Source: Candidatus Aminicenantes bacterium
GTDB lineage: Bacteria; Acidobacteriota; Aminicenantia; Aminicenantales; Saccharicenantaceae
Direction: 5' to 3'
Assembly (NCBI GenBank): GCA_963743205.1
Contig: CAVUOW010000004.1
Span: 133,327-197,326 of the forward strand
DNA length: 64,000 bases
Shown here: in pieces, positions 30,807 to 38,927 of the stretch
How the letters are laid out: each line of letters starts with the position of its first letter
Numbering within the stretch: position 1 is the stretch's first letter
Program-made: the position numbers and the translations under genes
The notes under the pieces: model-generated
Seen by the model: the letters and a program-made list of their open reading frames with translations, nothing else
Databases searched by the model: none
Told to the model about the DNA's origin: nothing

Positions 30807-31442
30807 ATGACGAGAGACCAGGTCCTCGACGCCCTTCTGGCCGCCAAGGTCGTCGCGGTCATGCGCATGAAGGACGCGGCCCGGCTCGCGGCGACGGCGG
30901 AGGCGCTGGGCAAGGGCGGCGTCACCGCCATCGAGATCACCATGACCGTGCCCGGCGCGGCCGACATCATCCGCGGGATGGCCCGATCGAAGGCCCCGGG
31001 GACGCTCGTCGGGGCGGGGACGGTCCTCGACGCGGGCATGGCCGCCGACGTCATCGGCGCCGGCGCCGACTTCGTCGTCTCGCCGATCACCGACCCGGGC
31101 ATGATCCGGGAGTGCCGCGCCGCCGGCGTTCTCGTCGCGCCGGGCGCTTTCACGCCGACCGAGATCGTCGCGGCCTGGAGGGCCGGGGCGGACATCGTCA
31201 AGGTCTTTCCGGCGACGTCGCTCGGTCCTCAGTTCCTGCGCGACGTGCGCGGGCCGCTGCCCCAGATCCGGCTCATGCCGACGGGAGGGGTGACGATCGA
31301 GAACGCGCGCGACTTTCTTGCGGCCGGCGCCTGCTGTGTCGGGATCGGCACGGCCCTCGTCGATCGGAAGGCGGTCGAGGCGGGCGACTGGCCGGCGCTC
31401 GAAGAGAGGGCCCGGCGGCTGATGGCCTCGCTCGCGTCGTGA
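30807..31442 (+). CDS. eda: KDPG / 4-hydroxy-2-oxoglutarate aldolase
   Basis: 211 aa. ..VVAVMR.., [26 protein letters not shown] are typical Eda blocks. Sits 6 nt after kdgK. Confidence 0.85.
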   Translation: MTRDQVLDALLAAKVVAVMRMKDAARLAATAEALGKGGVTAIEITMTVPGAADIIRGMARSKAPGTLVGAGTVLDAGMAADVIGAGADFVVSPITDPGMIRECRAAGVLVAPGAFTPTEIVAAWRAGADIVKVFPATSLGPQFLRDVRGPLPQIRLMPTGGVTIENARDFLAAGACCVGIGTALVDRKAVEAGDWPALEERARRLMASLAS

Positions 31443-31474
31443 GGCCCGGCGGGTTCGGATCGTCCGGCGGCGCT

Positions 31475-31502
31475 TGCGTATCGCGCGTTATCTGCTATAA
31501 TG
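31475..31502 (+). promoter_or_regulatory. promoter with extended -10 (TTGCGT-16 nt-TGcTATAAT)
   Basis: Lies downstream of eda and about 125 nt upstream of the MFS start. Confidence 0.45.
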
Positions 31503-31612
31503 CAAGTAATCGCTTTGCTTCACTGGCTGTGCAAGGCAACAAGCTCCCCTCCTTTATTTCCCCATAAGCTTGTGATTCCCCAGAATAAAACAGCCAGCCT
31601 TCTTCCCATATC

Positions 31613-31621
31613 TGCTATACT
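31613..31621 (+). promoter_or_regulatory. second extended -10 (TGcTATACT), 9 nt before the MFS ATG; possible leaderless start
   Basis: Shares the 10-mer ATCTGCTATA with the upstream promoter (31491-31500 and 31610-31619). Confidence 0.3.
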
Positions 31622-31630
31622 GGCGGACCC

Positions 31631-32821
31631 ATGACGGACGAGCGTGGCCGGTCGTTCTGGAACAGGGACTTTCTGCTGGCTCTGGCGGGATATTTCTTCC
31701 TGTTCATGTCGGTCTCGCTTTTTTTCCTCTTCCCGGTCGTCCTGGAGAAGTTCGGTCCGCGGCAGAGCCGCATCGGGCTGATCATGGGCATCTATAGCGT
31801 CGTGGCCATCGCCATCCGGCCGTTCTTCGGGCGGATGATCGACGTGCGCGGCGGCCGGCGCATCGCCCTGCTCGGGCTGTTCCTGCTCATGGTCTCCGTG
31901 CCGTTCTTCCACTTCGTCGACGACGCGGGCTGGCTGCCCTTCCTGCTGAGGGCGCTGTCCGGGCTGGGCTGGGGCATCAGCATGACGGCGACGATCTCCA
32001 TGTGTTCCGACCTGGCGCCGGCGGACCGCCTGGCCAAATCCATGGGCGTCATCGGCGTGGCCGGGCTTGTCGCCAACGCGCTCGGGCCGCTGCTCGCGGA
32101 GGAGCTGATCCGTGGCGGGGGCGCGGGACGGCTGTATAACGTCAGCTTTCTGTTCCTGGCGGCGTCGGTCGGCTGCGTCCTGGCGGCTCGCGAATTTCCC
32201 AAGTCCGAGTGCGAGGCCGGCCAGGCGGCGGGGATGAAGGCGCTGAAGCTCGTGCCGTGGGCGCTCGCGGCTATCGTCGCCTCCGTGCCGGTTTTCCACG
32301 GGGCGATCCGCGGGGCGATGATCTATTTCATCGCCGTCTTCGGCCATTCGATCGGTATCAGCCGGATCGGGCCCTTCTTTCTCGTCTTCTCGCTGGCGGC
32401 GATCCTGACCCGGTTCCGGCTCGGCGACCTTTCGGACCGGCTCGGGAGGAAGACGGTCATTATGCCGGCGGCGCTGATCATCGTCGTCAATCTTTTTGTG
32501 ATCGCCCAGGTGAAGAGCTTCGCGCTGCTCCTCGTGACGGGGTTCGTCGGGGGGCTGGGCCAGGGGCTGATCTTCCCGGCGCTCAGCACTTACATCATCG
32601 ATTTCCTGGGACGCGAGAACAAAGGGCTGGCCATCAGCCTGTACAATTCGCTCTTCGACGTGGGGATGGGGCTGGGATCGCCCCTTTTCGGCTGGGTCTC
32701 GGACATGGCCGGATACCGGTGGATGTATCGGGTCGCGGGGATCTTCCTGCTCGTCTCGACGGCCGTGTTCATGCTCAAGGCGCCGGCGACGGAAGGCCGG
32801 CGGGCGCGGGGCCGGGCGTGA
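31631..32821 (+). CDS. MFS transporter
   Basis: 396 aa, about 12 TM, with the loop motif GRMIDVRGGRR typical of MFS TM2-3. Confidence 0.85.
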   Translation: MTDERGRSFWNRDFLLALAGYFFLFMSVSLFFLFPVVLEKFGPRQSRIGLIMGIYSVVAIAIRPFFGRMIDVRGGRRIALLGLFLLMVSVPFFHFVDDAGWLPFLLRALSGLGWGISMTATISMCSDLAPADRLAKSMGVIGVAGLVANALGPLLAEELIRGGGAGRLYNVSFLFLAASVGCVLAAREFPKSECEAGQAAGMKALKLVPWALAAIVASVPVFHGAIRGAMIYFIAVFGHSIGISRIGPFFLVFSLAAILTRFRLGDLSDRLGRKTVIMPAALIIVVNLFVIAQVKSFALLLVTGFVGGLGQGLIFPALSTYIIDFLGRENKGLAISLYNSLFDVGMGLGSPLFGWVSDMAGYRWMYRVAGIFLLVSTAVFMLKAPATEGRRARGRA

Positions 32822-32861
32822 GAGAGAATGGGTTGCGGCAAGAGGAAATCCGGGACAAGAA

Positions 32862-32946
32862 GGGGTCAAACCTTAATTCTTATAGTATTATTTGTGCGTT
32901 GGATTTGACATGAAACAGAAAATTATAAGAATTAAGGTTTGACCCC
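32862..32946. mobile_element. 85-bp miniature inverted-repeat element, family 2 (termini GGGGTCAAACCTTAATTCTTATA)
   Basis: Perfect 23-bp inverted termini at 32862-32884 and 32924-32946. A second copy lies at 53231-53323. Confidence 0.75.
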
Positions 32947-32969
32947 GTCTTTGAGAAAGGAGTCGAGCG

Positions 32970-33560
32970 ATGTGCCAAGACGACAAGATCATATTTGAAA
33001 CGATCGCCATGCGGCGGACGATACGCCGGTTCAAGCCGGAGCCCGTGCCGAAGGAGCTTCTCGAGCGATTGGTCGATGCCGCGCGGCTCGCGCCGTCGGC
33101 GGCCAATGTTCAGCCGCTCGAGTTCGTGGTGGTCGACGCGGAGGGGCCGAGGGCCGAGGTTTTTCCGTGCTTGAAATGGGCGGCGTACATCGCGCCGGCG
33201 GGGGACCCGCGTCCGGGGGAAGAGCCCGCGGCGTACGTCATCACCCTCGTCAACACGAAGATCCGGGAAAAGATGTTCGAGTACGACTTGGGTGCGGCCA
33301 TGGAGAACATGATCCTGGCGGCGCTCGACGAAGGCGTCGGGAGCTGCTGGATGCTGTCGATCGACCGGGACAAGCTGCGGGCGATCTTGGGCGTGCCGGA
33401 GCACTACCGTATTGATTCGGTGCTCGCGCTCGGATACCCGGCGGAAGAACCGGCCGTGGAGGTCATGGGCGAGTCCTGCCGCTACTGGAAGGACGAGGCG
33501 GGCCGCCTGCACGTCCCCAAGCGCCCCTTGGCGTCCGTCGCCCACTTCAATAAGTTCTAA
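32970..33560 (+). CDS. nitroreductase family protein
   Basis: 196 aa. ..RRTIRRFKPEPVP..L..ARLAPSAANVQPLEFVVV.. is the classic nitroreductase N-terminus. Confidence 0.85.
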   Translation: MCQDDKIIFETIAMRRTIRRFKPEPVPKELLERLVDAARLAPSAANVQPLEFVVVDAEGPRAEVFPCLKWAAYIAPAGDPRPGEEPAAYVITLVNTKIREKMFEYDLGAAMENMILAALDEGVGSCWMLSIDRDKLRAILGVPEHYRIDSVLALGYPAEEPAVEVMGESCRYWKDEAGRLHVPKRPLASVAHFNKF

Positions 33561-33561
33561 T

Positions 33562-33771
33562 GGGGTCGGACCACAGAAATACCCATAATAATCAGTAGTT
33601 TAAGTCCAGTTTTGACTGCCAAATTGGCCTTAAGTACGCGTTTCTGGGGGCAAAAACGCACCCGGCCGCATATCCACTTTTGGGCCAAAAAAGCGCGATA
33701 TAAGGCAGCTTCGGGCATCGAAAAATGGGCTAAATAGAAGAAAGATATAGTGATTCCTGTGGTCCGACCCC
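33562..33771 (+). mobile_element. MITE family 1, copy A (210 bp)
   Basis: GGGGTCGGACCACAG at 33562-33576 and CTGTGGTCCGACCCC at 33757-33771. AT-rich interior with no ORF. Starts 1 nt after the nitroreductase stop. Confidence 0.85.
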
Positions 33772-33794
33772 ATAGACGGCCATAGACGGACGGC

Positions 33795-33823
33795 TTGACT
33801 GGGAATCATGCGGATGATATATA
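33795..33823 (+). promoter_or_regulatory. sigma70-type promoter TTGACT-17 nt-TATATA
   Basis: Lies 50 nt upstream of the 33873 start and just outside MITE copy A. Confidence 0.45.
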
Positions 33824-33872
33824 AACATCACGGCGCGAGGGGCGCCGAGACGCCACTACAAGAGAGGGAAGC

Positions 33873-34670
33873 ATGAAAAAAATACGTGTCGTCCAGATCT
33901 CGCTGCTTGCAGTCCTCGTCTGCCTCGTCTTCGCCGCCGGCCAGGCGCGGGCCGACGTGTTCATGAAGCAGAAGACGCATACGGACGCGTTCCAGATGAT
34001 GGGCAAGAGCCAGCCGGCGAAAGACGAGATCATGACCTTTTGGCTGGGGGAGAACAAAGTCCGGACGGACATGGAGGGCGCGAAAACCTCATCGATCCTT
34101 CTCTCCGACAAGAAGATCCTGTACATGATCGACCACAACAAGATGCAGTACGCGGAGATGTCTCTCGATTTCGACAAGATGATCGGCGACGCGACGGCCG
34201 CGGGGGCCGGGGACGACCCGGACAAAGCCAAGGCCATGGAGAAGATGCCCGGCTTCATGAAGAACATGATGAAGGGCGCCATGGGCGACATGTCGGCCAA
34301 GGTGACCGAAACCGGCGAGACGAAAAAGATCGGCGATTGGAACTGCCGCAAGTACCTCATCGAGACGAACATGGGCATGGCCGGGACGACGGCGTCCGAG
34401 GCCTGGGCTACCGAGGACCTCAAGATCGACTACACGATAGCCTTCACGGCCGCCAACGCCACGGCGGCCAGCATGCCGGGCTTCGAGAAGATCATCCAGG
34501 AGATGAAGAAGGTCAAGGGTTTCGTCGTTTCCCAGACGAGCACCATCAAGATCATGGGTTCCGAGATCAAGTCGAGTTCCGAGCTCATCGAAGCCGGGAA
34601 CAAGGACGCCCCGGCCGGCAACTACGACGTTCCTGCCGGCTATAAAAAAGTCAAATCGATGGGCCGCTGA
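33873..34670 (+). CDS. secreted hypothetical protein (DUF4412-like)
   Basis: 265 aa with a signal peptide MKKIRVVQISLLAVLVCLVFAAGQARA. Met/Lys/Asp-rich. Family call is from memory only. Confidence 0.5.
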   Translation: MKKIRVVQISLLAVLVCLVFAAGQARADVFMKQKTHTDAFQMMGKSQPAKDEIMTFWLGENKVRTDMEGAKTSSILLSDKKILYMIDHNKMQYAEMSLDFDKMIGDATAAGAGDDPDKAKAMEKMPGFMKNMMKGAMGDMSAKVTETGETKKIGDWNCRKYLIETNMGMAGTTASEAWATEDLKIDYTIAFTAANATAASMPGFEKIIQEMKKVKGFVVSQTSTIKIMGSEIKSSSELIEAGNKDAPAGNYDVPAGYKKVKSMGR

Positions 34671-34747
34671 ACCCCGACTCCTTGATCCCTCCTTGCCGGT
34701 TGTGTTGGTGTGGCGATGGGACCTGGCCCCGATCGAGCTCGCCGAGA

Positions 34748-34813
34748 CTTTATTAGACATCAGACGTCCGTATAAATCAAAAAAAGCGCAAAGCTCAGTT
34801 TGGTCAGACCCCA
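34748..34813 (+). mobile_element. MITE family 1, truncated right-end remnant (copy F)
   Basis: An AT-rich stretch ends in TGGTCAGACCCCA (34801-34813), a 12/13 match to the right terminus TGGTCCGACCCCA. No left terminus is present. Confidence 0.45.
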
Positions 34814-34829
34814 AAGGGCTATGGGGGGA

Positions 34830-36518
34830 TCAGACGCCGTCGCCGGTGTATTTGCTCAGGAGCATCTTTCGCAGCTTGCGATAGAGGTCGACGAACTTCT
34901 CCATCCGCGAAACCGTCAGATCGGTGAGGTATTTCGCCGCGGCGGCGGGATCGCTCTTTAAGAGCTCCACCGCCTTGGCGTCCACTGCCGCCTGTTCGGC
35001 GAAAATAGCGGTCTCCACCGGATCTCGGGCGGCCTGGACGTCCTTCAGCGCCGGCTGCCAACGCAGGAGCATCAGCTTCTCGACGAAGTCATAAGCCCAG
35101 CGGGCGGAGTCCTCGCTGAATTCGCGAAAGTCGTAGGTCTCGTAGAGAGGGGAGACGGCGGTGACGCCGGCGTAGACCGGTGCGTAGGGTCCGACCATGG
35201 GGTTATCGACGTAGACCCAGTAAATGCCGCCGACCGCGTCGGGGAGCCACGACCGGAGCTGGGCGACCATGCCGTAGCCCTGCCCGGCGATCGTCCGGTG
35301 ATGGCGGATGCGCAGGACCTTCTCCATGTCGGCGGAGATGTAGGGCGAGGCCATCGGGCTCTTCTCGAGGCGTCCGCCGCCCGCCGGCACCATCCAGGCC
35401 GGGTCCAAGGTCATGTCGTAGATCGTGTTCTCGAAGGCGGAGCGCTGGAAGGCGAAGATGTCCTGGACCGTGATCTTCTTTTCCGGCTTGAACGAGTAGG
35501 GGTAGAAGGCGGCGCCTTCGAAGGGCTGGGCGTAGATCGTCCTCGGTGAGGCAGGGTCGTTCAGGCCCCGCTTCGGCCAAGCCTTGAGAGAGGGCGCGAG
35601 GCTGCTCGTGATGAGCCACATCCGGCTCAGGTTCCCTTCCAGGATGGCCGGCGCGTAGGCTTCCTGCCAGATGAAGGGCCGGCCGCTCTTCGGGTCGTAC
35701 CAGCCGCGGTCGGCGGCTTCCGTCATGTAGTTCGACGACGCCAGGACGTCGGGGCTCTTGGGGTCGACTTCGCGGATCCGGAAGTAGTTGGCGATGACGA
35801 CGACGTGATCGTCGGGGACGCGGCGCGCGACCCAGATGGCGCCGGGCTTGCCGCTCTCCGGGGTCCATTCCGTCCCGACGCTGCAGATCTCCATCGTCCA
35901 GAGTTCGCGCGGGTCGGCGATGCACAGGGCCTCGGAGCCGCCGCAAGAGGGGAGGAAACCGTACTTGTCGACGAGCGAGCCGATGAGCTTGACCGCCTCG
36001 CGCGCCGTCGCGCACCGCTCCAGGGCGAACACTTGAGCCTGCTCGACGGTCATGATCTGCCGGGTGAGGCCTTCGATGTAAGCGACGTCGAGATCGGCCC
36101 GCTGGGAGCAGGTGCTCTCGCCGATCGCCAGCTGCTTCTCGTTCATCTGGGAGTAGCCGGTGTGGAAATAAGTGAACGTCCGCTCGACTTGAGGGATCTG
36201 GCCGATGACCTTGCCGAAATCGCCGAGGGGCAGGGCATGGCGGTCGTCCTCGGCGCCGAAGTAGACCATGCCCCAGTGGACCGGTGCCATCGATCCCTTG
36301 GGATAGGTCCTGCCCGGGACGACCTGGATGCGGCATTCACTGCAGCAGTCGGTGTGCGATGTGATGACCGAGCCGTCGGCGGTGGCCAGGCGCCCGACCC
36401 CGATGACCGTACAGCTTTCCCGCTTGGCGCTTTCGGCGATGAGGCCGTCCGCTGTGAGGAGTGCGGCAGCGATGAGAAAGATGGCGCCAACCATTCCGGC
36501 GAGAGGTCGTCTAGTCAT
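34830..36518 (-). CDS. peptidase C69 family dipeptidase
   Basis: MTRRPLAGMVGAIFLIAAALL.. then ESCTVIGVGRLATADGSVITSHTDCC (N-terminal Cys nucleophile block). ATG 36518 is preceded by AAGGAGGAGA. The track ORF extends into the MITE terminus. Confidence 0.85.
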   Translation of the reverse strand: MTRRPLAGMVGAIFLIAAALLTADGLIAESAKRESCTVIGVGRLATADGSVITSHTDCCSECRIQVVPGRTYPKGSMAPVHWGMVYFGAEDDRHALPLGDFGKVIGQIPQVERTFTYFHTGYSQMNEKQLAIGESTCSQRADLDVAYIEGLTRQIMTVEQAQVFALERCATAREAVKLIGSLVDKYGFLPSCGGSEALCIADPRELWTMEICSVGTEWTPESGKPGAIWVARRVPDDHVVVIANYFRIREVDPKSPDVLASSNYMTEAADRGWYDPKSGRPFIWQEAYAPAILEGNLSRMWLITSSLAPSLKAWPKRGLNDPASPRTIYAQPFEGAAFYPYSFKPEKKITVQDIFAFQRSAFENTIYDMTLDPAWMVPAGGGRLEKSPMASPYISADMEKVLRIRHHRTIAGQGYGMVAQLRSWLPDAVGGIYWVYVDNPMVGPYAPVYAGVTAVSPLYETYDFREFSEDSARWAYDFVEKLMLLRWQPALKDVQAARDPVETAIFAEQAAVDAKAVELLKSDPAAAAKYLTDLTVSRMEKFVDLYRKLRKMLLSKYTGDGV

Positions 36519-36527
36519 GTTCTCCTC

Positions 36528-36766
36528 CTTGCATTGGGGTCGGACCACCTTGCATTGGGGTCGGACCACAGCAATATTAATATTAATCAGGACTTTGGGT
36601 CCAATCTTTGGGCACTATTCGGCTTAAAACCCGTGTTTTTGGTGGCAAAAACGCACTCAATCACTTATTCATTTTAGGGGCCAAAAAGGGCCAGTTAAGG
36701 CCGTTTTTGCCCTTAAAAAGAGGTCTAAGTAAAAGAAAAATATAGTTATTGCTGTGGTCCGACCCC
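36528..36766 (+). mobile_element. MITE family 1, copy B (210-bp unit at 36557-36766 plus a 21-bp tandem duplication of its left end)
   Basis: CTTGCATTGGGGTCGGACCAC occurs twice in tandem (36528-36548 and 36549-36569). The right terminus is at 36752-36766. Confidence 0.85.
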
Positions 36767-38788
36767 CAACTTGATCATGACTGCGGCGCCGCCGCCGGGG
36801 GCGAGCTTGAGCGTGAGCCGGTCGCCGGCTTTGACCGTCTTCTTTGTGATCTCGAGGCTCGTCGCTTCCACCGCCGCGTCGGCGCCGTCGGCGAAGATCG
36901 TCGCCTCATAGTCTCCCGCGCCGAGGAAATCGAGCGGCAGGTCGATGTCGCGCGCGTCCCAGCCGGTCATGGCGCCGATCCACCAGCCGTCCCCACTGCG
37001 CCGCGCGATCGCGACGAACTTCCCCGGCAGGCCGCCGAGCACCTTCGTGTCGTCCCAAACGGTCGGCACCTTCTCGATGAACTCGAGCCCCGGCTGGCCC
37101 TCGTACGCCTCCGGGTAATCGGAGACCATGACCAGCGGGCTTTCGTAGACCACATACATCGCCAGCTGGTGGGCCCTCGTGCCCTGCGCCATCGGCGCGA
37201 TGTCCTTCGCCTCGAACTGGCCCCGCGCCGCGTTCCTCATCGCCCCGGGCGTGAAGTCCATCGGCCCGGCCAGCATCCGCGTGAACGGGATGGTCACGTC
37301 GTATTCGGGCGTGATGCGGTCGCTCCACTTGCTGTACTCGAGCCCCATGACGCCCTCCCGCGTCAGGAGGTTGGGGTAGGCCCGCCGCAGCCCTGTCGGC
37401 TTGAACGCGCCGTGGAAGTCGACCGTGAGCCGGTGCGCGGCCGCCGTCTTCACCACCTTCTCGTAATAGTCGACCATGTCCTGGTCGTCGCGGTTCATGT
37501 AATCGACCTTGACGCCGGCGGCGCCCCATTTCTCGTAAAGGGCCATGGCCTCGTCCATGTGCCTCCCGAGGGCCTGCCACTCGACCCACAGCAGCGTCGC
37601 CACGCCCTTCGACTTCCCGTACGCGATGATCGCCGGGACGTCGACCTCGGGCCGGTAGCGCAGGATGTCTTCGATCCTCCCGTCCTCGGACATCGGCGCC
37701 CACCCGGCGTCGACGAGCATGTACTCGAACTTGTGCCTGGCCGCGAAATCGATGTAGTGCTTCATCGTGGCCGTGTTCATGCCCGGCTTGAACGCGACGC
37801 CCGTGGCGTAGCTTCCCGACCACCAGTCCCAGGCCGCCTTGCCCGGCTTGATCCACGACGTGTCGGCGATCGCGCACGGCGCGCTCAAGTCCAGAATGAG
37901 GTAGTTCCTCTCGATGAACCGTGCCGGGTCCGGCCCGACCATGACCACCCGCCAGGGGGTCGATTTCGGCGTCGTGCCCTTCACCGGCTGATCGAACCTC
38001 CGGCGCGGAGCGACGGACAGCCGCGCGGTCAGCGCATTGGGGACGCCCGCGACCCCGCCCACATAAAGCCCGGCGTAATCGGTGAGATCGGCCTCGAGCA
38101 GCGCGGCGTAGATCCCCGCCCCCGGCATCTCGACGAGGAGCGGCAGATTGACGAGCGAGGCCGGCTTGATGTCCTTGAGCGGCGTCCGGGCGTATTCTCC
38201 CTCGTTGCTCGTGTCCCAGCGCCCGAGGTTCAAGGCGAAGGCCGAGGCGTCCTGGGCGAAGTAGAATCCCGTCGTCTCCGACGCGATCGTGAACTCGCCG
38301 ATCGCCTCCTGCTTCGGCAGCACATAACGGAAGGCGACCCCCTCGTCATACGCCCTCAGCACGACGTCCATCTTCCGGTTGGGCGCGTTCTTCTCGCGCA
38401 GGGAGACCACGAGCTCGCTGTACTTGTCCGGCACCGTCCTCTTGGCCCCGAACGCGTTCTCCCAAGTCGAGTCGTTCGACCGCTTCTCCGACCCGACGAC
38501 CTCGAAGTCATGGTCGAGCGCATCGGCGCCCGCAAGATCCAGTCCGAGCGGCGAATCGGCCAAGACCGGCGCGCCCTTGTAGGTCACCCGATAGTAGAGC
38601 CGCTCGCCCGCGAGATACGGCTGCGGCTTGGCCGCCAGCGCGATCGATATGGTCAGGCTCCCGTCCGGCGATGAGACGGCCATCGGCCGCGTTCCCACCC
38701 CCGCGTCCTTCGCCGGGGCGCAGGCCCCGCCTATCAGCGTTGCGACCGTCAGAACGAGACCGGCGGCCAGTCTTTGCTTAGCGCACAT
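36746..38788 (-). CDS. glycoside hydrolase family 97 (alpha-glucosidase-like)
   Basis: 680 aa. Lipoprotein-like N-terminus, then SPDGSL..YRVTYKG.., GAAGVKVDYMNRDDQ and LTREGVMGLEY blocks typical of GH97. The last 6 codons and the stop lie in the MITE B terminus. Confidence 0.85.
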   Translation of the reverse strand: MCAKQRLAAGLVLTVATLIGGACAPAKDAGVGTRPMAVSSPDGSLTISIALAAKPQPYLAGERLYYRVTYKGAPVLADSPLGLDLAGADALDHDFEVVGSEKRSNDSTWENAFGAKRTVPDKYSELVVSLREKNAPNRKMDVVLRAYDEGVAFRYVLPKQEAIGEFTIASETTGFYFAQDASAFALNLGRWDTSNEGEYARTPLKDIKPASLVNLPLLVEMPGAGIYAALLEADLTDYAGLYVGGVAGVPNALTARLSVAPRRRFDQPVKGTTPKSTPWRVVMVGPDPARFIERNYLILDLSAPCAIADTSWIKPGKAAWDWWSGSYATGVAFKPGMNTATMKHYIDFAARHKFEYMLVDAGWAPMSEDGRIEDILRYRPEVDVPAIIAYGKSKGVATLLWVEWQALGRHMDEAMALYEKWGAAGVKVDYMNRDDQDMVDYYEKVVKTAAAHRLTVDFHGAFKPTGLRRAYPNLLTREGVMGLEYSKWSDRITPEYDVTIPFTRMLAGPMDFTPGAMRNAARGQFEAKDIAPMAQGTRAHQLAMYVVYESPLVMVSDYPEAYEGQPGLEFIEKVPTVWDDTKVLGGLPGKFVAIARRSGDGWWIGAMTGWDARDIDLPLDFLGAGDYEATIFADGADAAVEATSLEITKKTVKAGDRLTLKLAPGGGAAVMIKLGVGPQQ

Positions 38789-38879
38789 CGAAAACCTCCA
38801 TTATCTTTTCTTTAGAGCGGTGACTGTTCCCGGCGATTATATCTGCCCGTCCGGACCAACGCAATGGCGTCCCGCCGGC

Positions 38880-38907
38880 TTGACTTTCGGCGCGGCCATG
38901 TGCTAAT
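38880..38907 (+). promoter_or_regulatory. sigma70-type promoter TTGACT-16 nt-GCTAAT
   Basis: Lies 20 nt upstream of the ATG at 38928. Confidence 0.35.
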
Positions 38908-38927
38908 CCATCCGTCAACGGGGAAAC

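Noticed and set aside
34814-34829. CCCCAAAGGGCTATGGGGGG hairpin and nearby A/T run as a bidirectional terminator between the convergent 33873-34670 and 34830-36518 genes
   Set aside because: The stem is only 4-5 bp with a long loop. The A/T run belongs to the truncated element remnant.
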